A stretch of 64,000 nucleotides of DNA from an uncultured Muribaculaceae bacterium. Its GTDB lineage: Bacteria; Bacillota_I; Bacilli_A; RF39; UBA660. The DNA is taken from the NCBI GenBank assembly GCA_964486215.1, contig CAZALI010000003.1, forward strand, positions 15,534 to 79,533, read 5' to 3'. The translations under genes were made by a program, and so were the position numbers. Shown here one piece after another: positions 8,983-19,581 of this stretch (positions are counted from its first letter, which is position 1; each line of letters begins with the position of its first letter). The notes beneath the pieces are model-generated. The model saw nothing but the letters and a program-made list of their open reading frames with translations. It ran no database searches and had not been told where the DNA came from.

Positions 8983-10881
8983 TTAAGAAATTTTATAATT
9001 GTCTTCTAATGAGAATTCTACATTCTCTTCAATCCATTCTTTACGAGGTGGAACATCATCACCCATTAGAATAGATACACGTTTTTCAGCAAGTTGAGCA
9101 TCTTCTATATTTACTCTTATTAGAGTTCTAGTACCTGGTTGCATTGTTGTTTCACATAACTGATCAGCATTCATTTCACCAAGACCTTTATATCTTTGAA
9201 TATCACATTTCTTACCAGCTGACTTTTCTTTCATTTCTTCTACTGTATAAGCATACTGTATATCTTTACCACTTTGTATTTTAAATAATGGTGGTAAAGC
9301 TACAAATAATCTTCCATCTTCTATTAATGGTTTCATATAACGGTAGAAGAATGTTAGTAATAAGCACTGAATATGGCCACCATCTTCATCAGCATCAGAC
9401 ATGATAATTACTTTGGCATATTCACAATCTTTTATATCGAAGTTTGATCCATATCCAGCACCTATTGTATAGATAATTGTATTAATTTCTTCATTCTTTA
9501 GAATATCTTCTTCTTTTGTCTTTTCGGTATTTAGAACTTTACCTCTTAGAGGAAGAATAGCTTGTGTCATTCTATCTCTTCCTTGTTTAGCTGAACCTCC
9601 GGCAGAATCACCCTCTACTAAGAATAACTCTTTTACAGTTTTATCTTTTGATCCAGCAGGAGCAAGTTTACCAGATAAGTTTCTCTCTTTAGCTTTTCCT
9701 TTAGTTCCTTGACGAGCTGCCTCTCTAGCTTTCTTGGCGGCTTCTCTTGCATCTTTACTCTTAAGAGACTTCTCTATTATTTCTGTAGCGATAAGTTTGT
9801 TTTCTTCTAAATATATTTTTAAATTATCACTAGTTAGAGTATCTACTATTACTCTAGCACTTGGTGTACCTAATTTACCTTTTGTCTGTCCTTCAAATTG
9901 TAGTAAGTCTTCTGGAATCTTTAGACTAATAACAGCTGTTAGGCCTTCTCTTACGTCACTACCTTCAAAAGTATTAGATCCTTTAAATAGGCCATTAGAC
10001 TTAGCATAGTCATTAAATACTCTAGTTAAGGCTGTTTTAAAACCTACTTCATGAGTACCACCATCTATTGTCTTAACGTTATTTACGAAGCTTACAATAT
10101 TTTCATTATAAGAGTCAGTATACTGCATAGCTATATCTACTTCTATTTTGTCTTTTTCTCCTGTGAATGAGAACACTTGATTTATTGGAGTCTTACCTTT
10201 ATCTAACTCTTCTACAAATTCTTCTATACCTCTTTCATAATGGAATATTTGATGTCTATCATCTTCTTCATCTATTACTTCAATAGTTATTCCTTTTATT
10301 AGAAAAGCAGATTCTTGCATTCTTTCACATATTGTCGTATATGAGAAGTTTGTTGTGGAGAAGATTTCATCATCAGGCATAAATCTAATAGTAGTACCTG
10401 TTCTATTAGTAGTAGATATCTTTTTTAGTGGGATATCTACTTTTCCTCCATCTTTAAACTTTATATAGTATTCTTCTTTATCTCTTTTAATAGTTACTTC
10501 CATCCATTTAGATAAAGCATTAACGACACTAGCTCCGACACCATGTAAGCCACCTGATACTTTATAACCATCAGTTTCAAATTTACCACCAGCATGAAGC
10601 ACGGTAAAAATAACTTCAGGAGTAGTCTTACCAGATGGATGCATACCTGTTGGTATACCTCTACCATGATCTTCTACTGAAAGTGATTTATCTTTATGAA
10701 TTGTAATAGTTATTTTATCTCCATAACCATTAATAGCTTCATCTATAGAGTTATCCACTATCTCCCATACTAGGTGATGGAGACCTCTTTTATCCGTTGA
10801 ACCAATATACATGCCAGGACGTTTTCTAACTGCTTCTAAGCCCTCTAATATCTTAATTGTTGATTCATCATACTTTGGCAT
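8983..10881 (-). CDS. parE: DNA topoisomerase IV subunit B
   Basis: ILEGLEAVRKRPGMYIGSTDKRGLHHLVWEIVDNSIDEA, a TOPRIM region with EGDSAGGSAKQGRDR, and PLRGKVLN. The track's GTG start is part of RBS GAGGTGA, so the ATG at 10879-10881 is preferred. Confidence 0.9.
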   Translation of the reverse strand: MPKYDESTIKILEGLEAVRKRPGMYIGSTDKRGLHHLVWEIVDNSIDEAINGYGDKITITIHKDKSLSVEDHGRGIPTGMHPSGKTTPEVIFTVLHAGGKFETDGYKVSGGLHGVGASVVNALSKWMEVTIKRDKEEYYIKFKDGGKVDIPLKKISTTNRTGTTIRFMPDDEIFSTTNFSYTTICERMQESAFLIKGITIEVIDEEDDRHQIFHYERGIEEFVEELDKGKTPINQVFSFTGEKDKIEVDIAMQYTDSYNENIVSFVNNVKTIDGGTHEVGFKTALTRVFNDYAKSNGLFKGSNTFEGSDVREGLTAVISLKIPEDLLQFEGQTKGKLGTPSARVIVDTLTSDNLKIYLEENKLIATEIIEKSLKSKDAREAAKKAREAARQGTKGKAKERNLSGKLAPAGSKDKTVKELFLVEGDSAGGSAKQGRDRMTQAILPLRGKVLNTEKTKEEDILKNEEINTIIYTIGAGYGSNFDIKDCEYAKVIIMSDADEDGGHIQCLLLTFFYRYMKPLIEDGRLFVALPPLFKIQSGKDIQYAYTVEEMKEKSAGKKCDIQRYKGLGEMNADQLCETTMQPGTRTLIRVNIEDAQLAEKRVSILMGDDVPPRKEWIEENVEFSLEDNYKIS

Positions 10882-10969
10882 ATAATTCACCTCATCTTAA
10901 CATTTATCATTATAAGTAAAATTTCTTTATATTTCAACAATTTTTACTTTTTTTGACAATGAAAAAGTA

Positions 10970-13147
10970 CTATTCTTCATTAAAAAACTCAATAGTACTT
11001 GTTCTTCTTTCAGCTTCATTATTGTTTTTTATAGCAAATTCTAAAGACTTATCATTTCCTATTATATAGAGAGCTTTCTTACATCTAGTAACAGCTGTAT
11101 AGATAAGCTTTTTATACAACATTTTATTATATGATGGAATAATAGGTATTACGACATAATCAAATTCTGATCCTTGAGATTTATGAATACTTATAGAATA
11201 AGCTAATCTAAAGTTATTAAAGTTACTTGGAGTATATTTAACTATATTATCATCATAGTTAATATATATTTCTTTCTTTGGAGAAGTTACTATTCTATCA
11301 ATTATTCCAATATCTCCATTATAGACATTATCATCTGGTTGATTAATTAATTGTATTACTTTATCTTGTTCAGTAAAAGTAATATCTCCTACTACTAAAC
11401 TCTTTTTATCTTTAGTTTTAGGATTAAAGATAGAAGCTATTTCTTTATTAATATTATCTATTCCATTAACACCTTTATACATAGGTACTAGTATTTGAAA
11501 TTCTTTATATGAAACATCTTTATAAGTATTAGATAATTCTTTTATATTTTTAATAATATCTTTTTCTTCTGATTTTATAAAAGTTAAATCACTTTCTTTA
11601 TTAAAGATACTCATATCTAGGTAATTATCTCTTATGTTATAAGCTAGAGATAAAATATTAGAGTCAGTTGCTTGTCTATATAATTCATTTAAGTAACATA
11701 CTTTTATCTTTTTAGAATTAATTAAATCATATAAGACATTTCCTGATCCTACTGAAGGTAATTGATGATCATCTCCTATTACTATTATTTTAGTATGTAC
11801 GGATATCCCTTTTAATAGAGAAGACATTAAAAGAGTATCTATCATACTAGCTTCATCAATAATCACAAATTCTGTTTTACTTTTATTATATTCATTTACT
11901 TGGAAAGTATTAGTCTCTTTTTGCCATTTTAAGAATCTATGAATAGTATAAGCTGGAAAGTTAGTCTTTTCACTCATACGTTTAGCAGCTCTACCTGTTG
12001 GAGCGAGTAATGTTACTCTAGTTAGAAGATCAGAATAAGATAATTTATTAAGTGATTTATATAACTCTATTATTCCTTTTAGAATAGTAGTTTTACCTGT
12101 ACCTGGACCTCCTGTTATAACTAGAGTAGATTCTTCCATACATTTTTTTATAGCTTCTTCTTGATCAGAATTATAGTCTATCTCTAGAGTCTCTTCTACT
12201 TCTTTTAATCTATCATTAATATTTTTAATCTTATCTTTCTTATGAGATAGTAATTTAAATCTATTAGCTATTAGTCTTTCTCCTTCATAGATGTCTTTTA
12301 GATAGTATTTATCGTCTTTCTTAATAATTAATAAATCTTTAGATAGAGAACTAAGAGCTTTATTATACTTTTCTTCTGATATAGGTACTTTTAAGACTCT
12401 AGTTAGATAGTTTACTAATTCTTCAGAGAAGTAATATTCATGACCAAAAGTATTACTTATTTCTCTCATTATATAAAGAATAGCTCCACGTATACGAATA
12501 ATACTATCTTTTTCTATGCCACTTTCTAAAGCTATATAATCTATCTTTTTAAAAGTTAAATTATTTATATCTAGAAGTAATTCATAGATATCTTCTTCTA
12601 CTTGTTTTTTAGTTCTTTCTTTATAAAAATTATATATTTCTATAGAGTCTTTAGTACTAAAACCTAAATTAGTTAAATAGATAACTGTTTCATATGATGC
12701 TGAATACTCTTCTAATTTATTATGAAGAGTTGTGATATTTTTTTCTGTTATACCTGGAACTAGTATAAGATTAGAGGGATTATTTAGAATAACATCTAGT
12801 GTATCGTCTCCTAAAGTATCTACTAAAGTACGAGCTTTCTTTTCTCCTATACCTTTAAATAGTCCACTAGTTAAGAATTCATATATAGCATTCTTACCAG
12901 TAGGTTTTACTCTTTCAAATGAGGTAGCATTAAATTGTTCTCCATACTTTTCATGATGTTTCATACTACCATATAGTTTATATGTATCTATTTCATTTAA
13001 TTCAGTAAAATAACCAGTAAAAGTAATAGTTTTATTAAGATAGTTAGCTAACTCTTCAGAATCAGTATCTTCTACTCTAAATAAACCTACTAAATAACCA
13101 GTATTAGATGAAAAGATTTCTCTTTTAAATTTACCAGTAATATACAT
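10970..13147 (-). CDS. recD2: ATP-dependent RecD2-like DNA helicase
   Basis: 725 aa with Walker A GGPGTGKTT, DEASMID, and a C-terminal SIHKSQGSEF..YTAVTRCKK. The start overlaps the mtaB stop by 1 nt (TAATG). Confidence 0.85.
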   Translation of the reverse strand: MYITGKFKREIFSSNTGYLVGLFRVEDTDSEELANYLNKTITFTGYFTELNEIDTYKLYGSMKHHEKYGEQFNATSFERVKPTGKNAIYEFLTSGLFKGIGEKKARTLVDTLGDDTLDVILNNPSNLILVPGITEKNITTLHNKLEEYSASYETVIYLTNLGFSTKDSIEIYNFYKERTKKQVEEDIYELLLDINNLTFKKIDYIALESGIEKDSIIRIRGAILYIMREISNTFGHEYYFSEELVNYLTRVLKVPISEEKYNKALSSLSKDLLIIKKDDKYYLKDIYEGERLIANRFKLLSHKKDKIKNINDRLKEVEETLEIDYNSDQEEAIKKCMEESTLVITGGPGTGKTTILKGIIELYKSLNKLSYSDLLTRVTLLAPTGRAAKRMSEKTNFPAYTIHRFLKWQKETNTFQVNEYNKSKTEFVIIDEASMIDTLLMSSLLKGISVHTKIIVIGDDHQLPSVGSGNVLYDLINSKKIKVCYLNELYRQATDSNILSLAYNIRDNYLDMSIFNKESDLTFIKSEEKDIIKNIKELSNTYKDVSYKEFQILVPMYKGVNGIDNINKEIASIFNPKTKDKKSLVVGDITFTEQDKVIQLINQPDDNVYNGDIGIIDRIVTSPKKEIYINYDDNIVKYTPSNFNNFRLAYSISIHKSQGSEFDYVVIPIIPSYNKMLYKKLIYTAVTRCKKALYIIGNDKSLEFAIKNNNEAERRTSTIEFFNEE

Positions 13148-14421
13148 TATATTTCTCCTATAACGTATGGATAAGATACTTCTACTAGTTTTACTTTTAC
13201 TAGAGTATTATGTTCTAACTTCTTATTTATTTTTACATATAAGTAATTACCAGTATGTCCATATGAAATATTATCTTCTACTGTTTCAATTAATACTTCT
13301 ACTTCTTTACCAATAAATTTATTAAAGTAATTTACTTCTAATTCTTTTGATACTTCTATTAATCTTCTAGCTCTATCTTTTGATATATTTCCTGGTACTT
13401 TATCTTTCATACGAGAAGAAGCTGTTCCTTTTCTTTCACTATATGGAAAGACATGTATCTTAGAAAAAGCAATTCTTTTTACTGTTTCAATTGTATCTTT
13501 AAAGTCTTCCTCTGTTTCTCCTGGGAAACCTACTATTAAGTCTGTAGTAATAGAAATATCTTTTCTAATAGAACGTATTTCAGCTATTTTATTTTCAAAA
13601 TAGTCTAAATCATATTTTCTATTCATTAATTTTAAGATCTTATTAGAACCAGATTGTATTGGAATATGTAAGTGATCTACTATTACTCTACTCTCTCTTA
13701 GTACGTCTAAAACATCTTCCGTTAACTCTGTTGCCTCTATTGAAGATATCCTTAATCTCTCTAGTCCTTTTATCTCTACTATTCTTTTTAATAATTCAGA
13801 AAATTTATAATCTAGATCAGATCCATAATTACCAGTATGAATACCGGTTAATACTACTTCTTTATAACCATTTTTTACTAATGTTTTTATTTCTTCTATT
13901 ACTTTATCTGGATCTTTAGAACGACATTTCCCTCTTACGAATGGAATAATACAATAAGAACAGAAGTTATCACAACCATCTTGTATTTTAACAAAAGCTC
14001 TTGTTCTACCTGGAAAAGACTCAATAAACATATCATCAAATAATTTATCTCTAGTATTATATAGTCTTACAATTTGTTTTTTATTTTTAAAATATTCATC
14101 TAAGAGTTCTAATATTTTATTCTTATCTTTATTACCTATTACTATGTCTACTCCATCTATTAAATTATTAGAATTAGCCTCAATAAAACAACCCATAGCA
14201 ACTATACAAGCTTGTGGATTTTCTCTAATAGCTTTTCTTATCATCTTACGACTTTTAGCATCTGAATTATTAGTAACTGTACATGTATTTATAATATAAA
14301 TATCGCATTTATCATCGAAATCTTTAATCTCATAATTATTCTTTTTTAAGAGAGTTCTAATATATTCAGTTTCATATGTATTAACTTTACAACCTAATGA
14401 TAATAAACCTACTGTATGCAT
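13147..14421 (-). CDS. mtaB: tRNA (t6A37) methylthiotransferase MtaB
   Basis: Radical-SAM motif CDNFCSYC, an N-terminal MTTase domain (LGCKVNTYE) and a C-terminal TRAM domain. Start reassigned to MHTVGLLSLGC (ATG 14419-14421) behind RBS AGAGGTGA. Confidence 0.85.
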   Translation of the reverse strand: MHTVGLLSLGCKVNTYETEYIRTLLKKNNYEIKDFDDKCDIYIINTCTVTNNSDAKSRKMIRKAIRENPQACIVAMGCFIEANSNNLIDGVDIVIGNKDKNKILELLDEYFKNKKQIVRLYNTRDKLFDDMFIESFPGRTRAFVKIQDGCDNFCSYCIIPFVRGKCRSKDPDKVIEEIKTLVKNGYKEVVLTGIHTGNYGSDLDYKFSELLKRIVEIKGLERLRISSIEATELTEDVLDVLRESRVIVDHLHIPIQSGSNKILKLMNRKYDLDYFENKIAEIRSIRKDISITTDLIVGFPGETEEDFKDTIETVKRIAFSKIHVFPYSERKGTASSRMKDKVPGNISKDRARRLIEVSKELEVNYFNKFIGKEVEVLIETVEDNISYGHTGNYLYVKINKKLEHNTLVKVKLVEVSYPYVIGEI

Positions 14422-14422
14422 A

Positions 14423-15073
14423 TTAGTCACCTCTTTTGAATTCTTCATACCAACTTGATACTTTGTCTTTAGCACTACTAGCTTTTTCTTTTACAGCTTC
14501 TTTAGTACTTTCTACTGTATCAACTTGTTTATTATATCTTTCTTCTCCTACTTTTTCTTTATATGTTTCAACTATTTTATCTTTTAGACTCTTAGCTTTT
14601 TCTTTAATAGTATTATAGCTACGAGTAGTATCACTTTTTACTTCTTCATAAGTAGTTGGATACTTAGTTTTAATTTTATTATCAAGTTTATACCATAAAT
14701 CTAATAATTTTTCTTTAGTAGAGTCTCTTAAGTCTTTAAAAGTTATACCATTTATTGAACCACCATAAAAGATAAAATCAGTTAGATCAATAAATGATTT
14801 CTTTATTTTTGATTCACTTTTCTCATTCTCTACTACCTTTTCAGTTTCAGTAATATAGTTATTAATAGTATTAGATTCTCTTTCTTTATTAATTACTTCT
14901 TTATTGCTTTCTACTTCATTATTATCTATTTCTTCTATATCATTTACTTTGTCTTCTTCTACTGTTTTAGCTTTTTCTATTTCTTTTTCATTATTATAAG
15001 TCTCAGTTAAAGCTATTATTCCAAAGCAAATTAATACAGCTGTGAAGATAGCTAATGGGATAAATTTTTTCAT
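14423..15073 (-). CDS. Hypothetical N-terminally membrane-anchored, Lys/Glu-rich protein
   Basis: 216 aa with one N-terminal TM (IPLAIFTAVLICFGIIALT). The remainder is charged and helical. No family recognised. Confidence 0.5.
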   Translation of the reverse strand: MKKFIPLAIFTAVLICFGIIALTETYNNEKEIEKAKTVEEDKVNDIEEIDNNEVESNKEVINKERESNTINNYITETEKVVENEKSESKIKKSFIDLTDFIFYGGSINGITFKDLRDSTKEKLLDLWYKLDNKIKTKYPTTYEEVKSDTTRSYNTIKEKAKSLKDKIVETYKEKVGEERYNKQVDTVESTKEAVKEKASSAKDKVSSWYEEFKRGD

Positions 15074-15142
15074 AGTATCACCTACTCGCGTATATTATAA
15101 CATAAATTCCTACAAATAAAAAAACTCAAAGTAAACTTTGAG

Positions 15143-16153
15143 TTATTCTCCTAATTTTTTCTGCAATTCTTTGAGAGTAGATAAGAATTCATTTGTTTTC
15201 TTAATTTCAGCATCTAACTTCTCGTAGTTAGCAGTATTTTCTAGAGCTATACTTTCATTAGTTACCTCTTTAGCTTCTATACCAAATATTGGTGAGATAA
15301 CTGGAGTAGATTGAAATCTAATAGCTGCATCTCTCTTATATACTTCAGAAAGTGGTTTACTTGTTTCATAATCGCTAATTTCTTTATTATCTAATTCTTC
15401 TACTATTACTGGATCACTAGCTTTTTCTATTGTCTCAGTAAGCTCAGAAGATTCAGGTTCTACTGAATTCATACTCATAGTCTTTTCTATTTCTTCTATA
15501 GATATTGGAGCTGTTTCCTCGTTATATTCTTCTTCTTTAATAGCCGACATTTGTTTAGTTCTTTCATATAACTCATCCATAGATATAATAGCATCTTTTT
15601 CTTGAGCATCTTCGTAATCTCTGATTCTTTCTTCTAATAATTCTTCTTCATCAGCTGAAGCTTTTTCTAATTCTTCAGTAATTTCAGCTAATTCATTTAG
15701 AGCTTCTTCTTTAGTTGGTTCTATACTAGTATATTTTAATTCTTCTACAGCTGGTTCTAATACCTCTGGTTCGTCTTCTTTTAACTCTTCTAAAGACATA
15801 GTTACTTGTTCTGGAATTTCTAATACTTCTGGTTCTTCTTTTACTTCTTCTGTTGGCACTACTTCAACAGCAGGTTCAACCATAACTGGCTCATTAGAAG
15901 GAGTAATTACTTCCACTGGTTTAGGAGCTTCTACTATAGGTGTAGTCTCTACTACTTCTTCTTTCTCTTCTTCTAAACGTTCTTGTACTTCTTCTACTAA
16001 CTTATTTAATTCCTTAGTATTATGTCTTTGCTTTCTCTTATCATAATTCTTATCTACTAAATAAATAATAAAACATAGTAGTATAGCTATTAAAGCTACT
16101 ACATATACTACTATTATTTCTGTTGATGTTAAAAAACTTACTATATTATTCAT
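15143..16153 (-). CDS. Hypothetical membrane-anchored acidic protein with ZipA-like architecture
   Basis: N-terminal TM, a basic patch, a long E/P/V-rich linker and a conserved-looking C-terminal segment (RFQSTPVISPIFGIE). Start taken at the second ATG after RBS GAGGTG. Confidence 0.5.
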   Translation of the reverse strand: MNNIVSFLTSTEIIVVYVVALIAILLCFIIYLVDKNYDKRKQRHNTKELNKLVEEVQERLEEEKEEVVETTPIVEAPKPVEVITPSNEPVMVEPAVEVVPTEEVKEEPEVLEIPEQVTMSLEELKEDEPEVLEPAVEELKYTSIEPTKEEALNELAEITEELEKASADEEELLEERIRDYEDAQEKDAIISMDELYERTKQMSAIKEEEYNEETAPISIEEIEKTMSMNSVEPESSELTETIEKASDPVIVEELDNKEISDYETSKPLSEVYKRDAAIRFQSTPVISPIFGIEAKEVTNESIALENTANYEKLDAEIKKTNEFLSTLKELQKKLGE

Positions 16154-16311
16154 AATACACCTCATTTTTAGATTATCATAAGAATTAATTTAATTAAATA
16201 AGTTAGAAGTCAAAAATTTCTTTTGACATAATTTTTGACACTAAACTATCATCTTATAAGTCAAGTTTATCATACTATTATTTCTTTGTGTAGAATTTTT
16301 ATATAAATTTT

Positions 16312-16340
16312 AAAAAAAACTATTAAGTTTTCTTAATAGT
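16312..16340 (-). terminator. Rho-independent terminator
   Basis: Stem ACTATTAAG/CTTAATAGT (16319-16327 / 16332-16340) with a 4-nt loop and a 7-8 nt T-run on the minus strand. It lies 2 nt after the stop of the 275-aa gene. Confidence 0.8.
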
Positions 16341-16342
16341 TT

Positions 16343-17170
16343 TTATTTTATTAATATAGCTATTAAACAGATAATAATACCAAATATAGTAAGTATTAAT
16401 CCTAGAGATATAGTTTTAGTATAACCTAACTGTTTTGTATTAACTTTCTTTTTATAAAGTGATTTACTTAATAACTCATTTACTTCATAACTAGATTTGT
16501 CTTTTAGACGAGTTAGAGCTTCTCCTAGTTTATAATCATTTATCTTTTTACCTCTACTACTATTTATATAAGAATATCTAATTAGAGAATTCTTTAACAT
16601 TTCACTCTTAGAAATATTATTCATATCAGTAATATGTCTTTCATTAATAGTTATAAAATTAGTATTTTCATCTACTAAATTATTCTCTGTACTTTTAATA
16701 GTAAAAGTATTAGTATTTTTATTCCATTCATATAAATATATTTTATCTTTAGACTTTAAGATTGGAGTAAAATTAATATTTGTTTTATAATCAGTAGTTA
16801 TTTGTAGACCATAATCATTACCATCTTTAGAGAAGGTCATACTATCAGTATTAGAATCATAATACTTAGTACTTTTTAGATTAGTTCTTAAATCATCCAT
16901 ATCTTTTAGATCTATAGCTGCTTCTACTTCATTATCTTTTTGATTAATAATCTTTGTATTAAGGCCTATATTAGTTAGAATATCAGTATTACTAGATAAG
17001 TTATTAGAATTAGTTAATTCATTGTATTTAGCATCTATACTATTCTTTATCTCTTGAGGAGATTTAGGAGAATTTAAATATTCTTCTAGAATAGCAGCTT
17101 TTTCATTTACATCTATATCAGTATCAGAAAACTTTTCTTCAATATACTTTATTATTTCTGTATTATTCAT
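16343..17170 (-). CDS. Hypothetical tail-anchored membrane protein
   Basis: 275 aa, Asn/Lys-rich, with a single C-terminal TM (ISLGLILTIFGIIICLIAILI). No family recognised. Confidence 0.5.
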   Translation of the reverse strand: MNNTEIIKYIEEKFSDTDIDVNEKAAILEEYLNSPKSPQEIKNSIDAKYNELTNSNNLSSNTDILTNIGLNTKIINQKDNEVEAAIDLKDMDDLRTNLKSTKYYDSNTDSMTFSKDGNDYGLQITTDYKTNINFTPILKSKDKIYLYEWNKNTNTFTIKSTENNLVDENTNFITINERHITDMNNISKSEMLKNSLIRYSYINSSRGKKINDYKLGEALTRLKDKSSYEVNELLSKSLYKKKVNTKQLGYTKTISLGLILTIFGIIICLIAILIK

Positions 17171-17425
17171 TTAAAATACCAAGTAAGCTATATAACTTAG
17201 AATAAAACCAAGCATTGTCAAGACTGAAATAGTTAATCCTAAAAATAATGGTGATATAAAACCACTAGTATCTTTAGTTTTAACTAGTTGTTTAGCTTGC
17301 TTCCTTTCTTCTGCTTTACGAATAATCTTTTCTTCTTCTATTGCTTCATATGTTGGATTTTCAAATAAATTAGCATATTTTCTGTTACTAGTATTTTCAA
17401 TACTATCTAGATTAAACTTATTCAT
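17171..17425 (-). CDS. Hypothetical small tail-anchored membrane protein
   Basis: 84 aa with a charged N-terminal half and a C-terminal TM. Its stop abuts the start of the next gene. Confidence 0.45.
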   Translation of the reverse strand: MNKFNLDSIENTSNRKYANLFENPTYEAIEEEKIIRKAEERKQAKQLVKTKDTSGFISPLFLGLTISVLTMLGFILSYIAYLVF

Positions 17426-17462
17426 AACTATACCTACCTTATATTTACATTATAACATATTT

Positions 17463-19481
17463 TTAATTGTATATATATAAAATATGTTGAGCTCTGGTAC
17501 AAGCTACATATAATAGATTTTTTTCATTCTTACGATATGAATTATCTCTATTATTATAGACAATTACTGCATCAAACTCTAATCCTTTAGCTAAGTATGC
17601 TGGGATTATTATTAACTTTTTATTATAATTTTTAGTATTTAATTCTACTAATGAAATATCTATATCTTTTTCTAAAAGACTATGTAATTTACTAGCTTCT
17701 TTATCATCTTTAGTAATTATCGCAATAGATGAGTAATCTTTCTTTAAATTATTTATATCATTAATAAGAGCTTTTTTTAATTCAACATTATGTCTTACTA
17801 CTACTGGTTTATTATTAGTACGTCTAATAGCTGAAACATGATTTAAATTTAATATTTTATTCGTATAATCTATTATTTCTGGTGAAGAACGATATGTCTT
17901 TAATAATTCTATATACTTAGTACTTCCAGAGAATAGTTTTTCTAAAATACTTAAATTCTTATAATGATAATATGGATTAATATTTTGATTAATATCTCCT
18001 AGAATAGTAAAATTAGCCTTTCTAAAGATTCTAGATATTATTAAATATTGAAGTAAATTATAATCTTGAGCTTCATCTATTACTACTTCTTTAATATTAC
18101 CTTCGTATGGGAATCCTTCTAAACAACCTTTTACATAAGTATAAATTAAAGCATCTTCATACTTTATAATACCTTCTTTCTTATCTAGTACTTTTTCTTT
18201 CTTTATTTTGGAATATTTACTAGTAAAGAAATCATTAATAATATCAGATATTGGTTGGTAGAAATTACTTGATTTCTTTAATAACTTTTTAAAAGTATTT
18301 TCATGTTTAGAAGAACCTTTATAGAAATTAGAAGATAACTTTTCAGCTATTAAATTTATTCTTTCGAATAGAGGCGCTTTATTATATCTCTTTTGAAGAT
18401 AATTATTTAATTCATATACTTCTACTCTATTATTCTTACCTTCAACTATATGCTCTGTAAAAGATGCTTTAGATATATAATCTGTTAAGTAATTATTAAT
18501 ATCTTTTATAATGTCATTACTCTGTTTATAAGTAACTAATTCTGGATTTAATTCTTTATATGAATAATATCTAGCTACAAAGTCAGTATACGGTTCTATT
18601 TCTTTAAATTCATCTATATTATAAGATAGGTAATCATCAAAAGTAGTTTCTAGAGTATTAGCTTCTCCTAAAGATGGTAAAACTTCTGATATATAGTCTG
18701 TAAAAATATTATTAGGTGAAAATATCAAAATGTTTTGAGAAGTTAGTTTAGGTATACGATATAGTAAGAAAGCTATTCTATGAAGAGCTACTGTTGTCTT
18801 ACCAGATCCAGCTATACCATTTACTATTAAGTGATTATCTTCAGTATTTCTAATTACTTGGTTTTGTTCTTTTTGAATAGTATTAACGACATTTTTCATA
18901 TGATCAGTTGATTCTTCAGCTAAGACATCTTGAAGAAATTCATCATCTATATTTAGAGAGTTATCAAATACTCCTAGTAATTTATCTCTTTCTATTTTAT
19001 ATTGTCTTTTTCTTTTTAATGTACCAGTAAATGTTCCACCTGGAGCTTCGTAAGAAGCTGGTCCTGTTTCATAGTCATAGAAAAGAGAACAGATAGGACT
19101 TCTCCAATCATATAAAATATTATTACCATGTTTATCTTTTAAGTATGTTAAAGACAAATAGATATTATCTATCTCACCATCATCTGCTTTAAAGACAATA
19201 GATGCAAAATAAGGCTTCTTTTCTATTTGATTTAGCTTTTTTAAATACTCTATCTTGGAATTAGTCTCTGATACTTGTCTAGTACTTTCTTCACGTAACT
19301 GAGCTATATCTCCAGCATCATATGAAGATATTTCTTGCCAAGATAAGCGTTTAAATTCTTTTAAATCTTCTACTTTAACATTAATCTTATTAGATAATTC
19401 ATCAATATTCTTTTTAATAAGATTATGAGATTTCTTTAATATTTTCTTTTCTTTTAATATTTCTTCTTCACTAATAGCCAT
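17463..19481 (-). CDS. helD: HelD-type UvrD-family helicase (helicase IV, RNA polymerase recycling factor)
   Basis: 672 aa with an N-terminal coiled-coil arm, Walker A GIAGSGKTTVALHRIAFLLY, DEAQDY and a C-terminal LLYVACTRAQH. Confidence 0.8.
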   Translation of the reverse strand: MAISEEEILKEKKILKKSHNLIKKNIDELSNKINVKVEDLKEFKRLSWQEISSYDAGDIAQLREESTRQVSETNSKIEYLKKLNQIEKKPYFASIVFKADDGEIDNIYLSLTYLKDKHGNNILYDWRSPICSLFYDYETGPASYEAPGGTFTGTLKRKRQYKIERDKLLGVFDNSLNIDDEFLQDVLAEESTDHMKNVVNTIQKEQNQVIRNTEDNHLIVNGIAGSGKTTVALHRIAFLLYRIPKLTSQNILIFSPNNIFTDYISEVLPSLGEANTLETTFDDYLSYNIDEFKEIEPYTDFVARYYSYKELNPELVTYKQSNDIIKDINNYLTDYISKASFTEHIVEGKNNRVEVYELNNYLQKRYNKAPLFERINLIAEKLSSNFYKGSSKHENTFKKLLKKSSNFYQPISDIINDFFTSKYSKIKKEKVLDKKEGIIKYEDALIYTYVKGCLEGFPYEGNIKEVVIDEAQDYNLLQYLIISRIFRKANFTILGDINQNINPYYHYKNLSILEKLFSGSTKYIELLKTYRSSPEIIDYTNKILNLNHVSAIRRTNNKPVVVRHNVELKKALINDINNLKKDYSSIAIITKDDKEASKLHSLLEKDIDISLVELNTKNYNKKLIIIPAYLAKGLEFDAVIVYNNRDNSYRKNEKNLLYVACTRAQHILYIYN

Positions 19482-19581
19482 ATATCCTCCAGATTACACT
19501 ATAGTTTTATAATACCATATACTAATAAATTATTCTCTTTATTACTAAAACTTTACAGTAAAGAAAAAAGAAGCTAAGCTT

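Noticed and set aside
14422-14475. Apparent 53-nt overlap of mtaB with the upstream gene, and similar N-terminal extensions beginning MRC.M or MV..M on several ORFs (5502, 16165, 50111, 42112, 26383, 10890, 48920).
   Set aside because: These are artefacts of taking the longest ORF. In each case the upstream ATG, GTG or TTG lies within or against the Shine-Dalgarno sequence (GAGGTG or AGGAG) that serves the next in-frame ATG.
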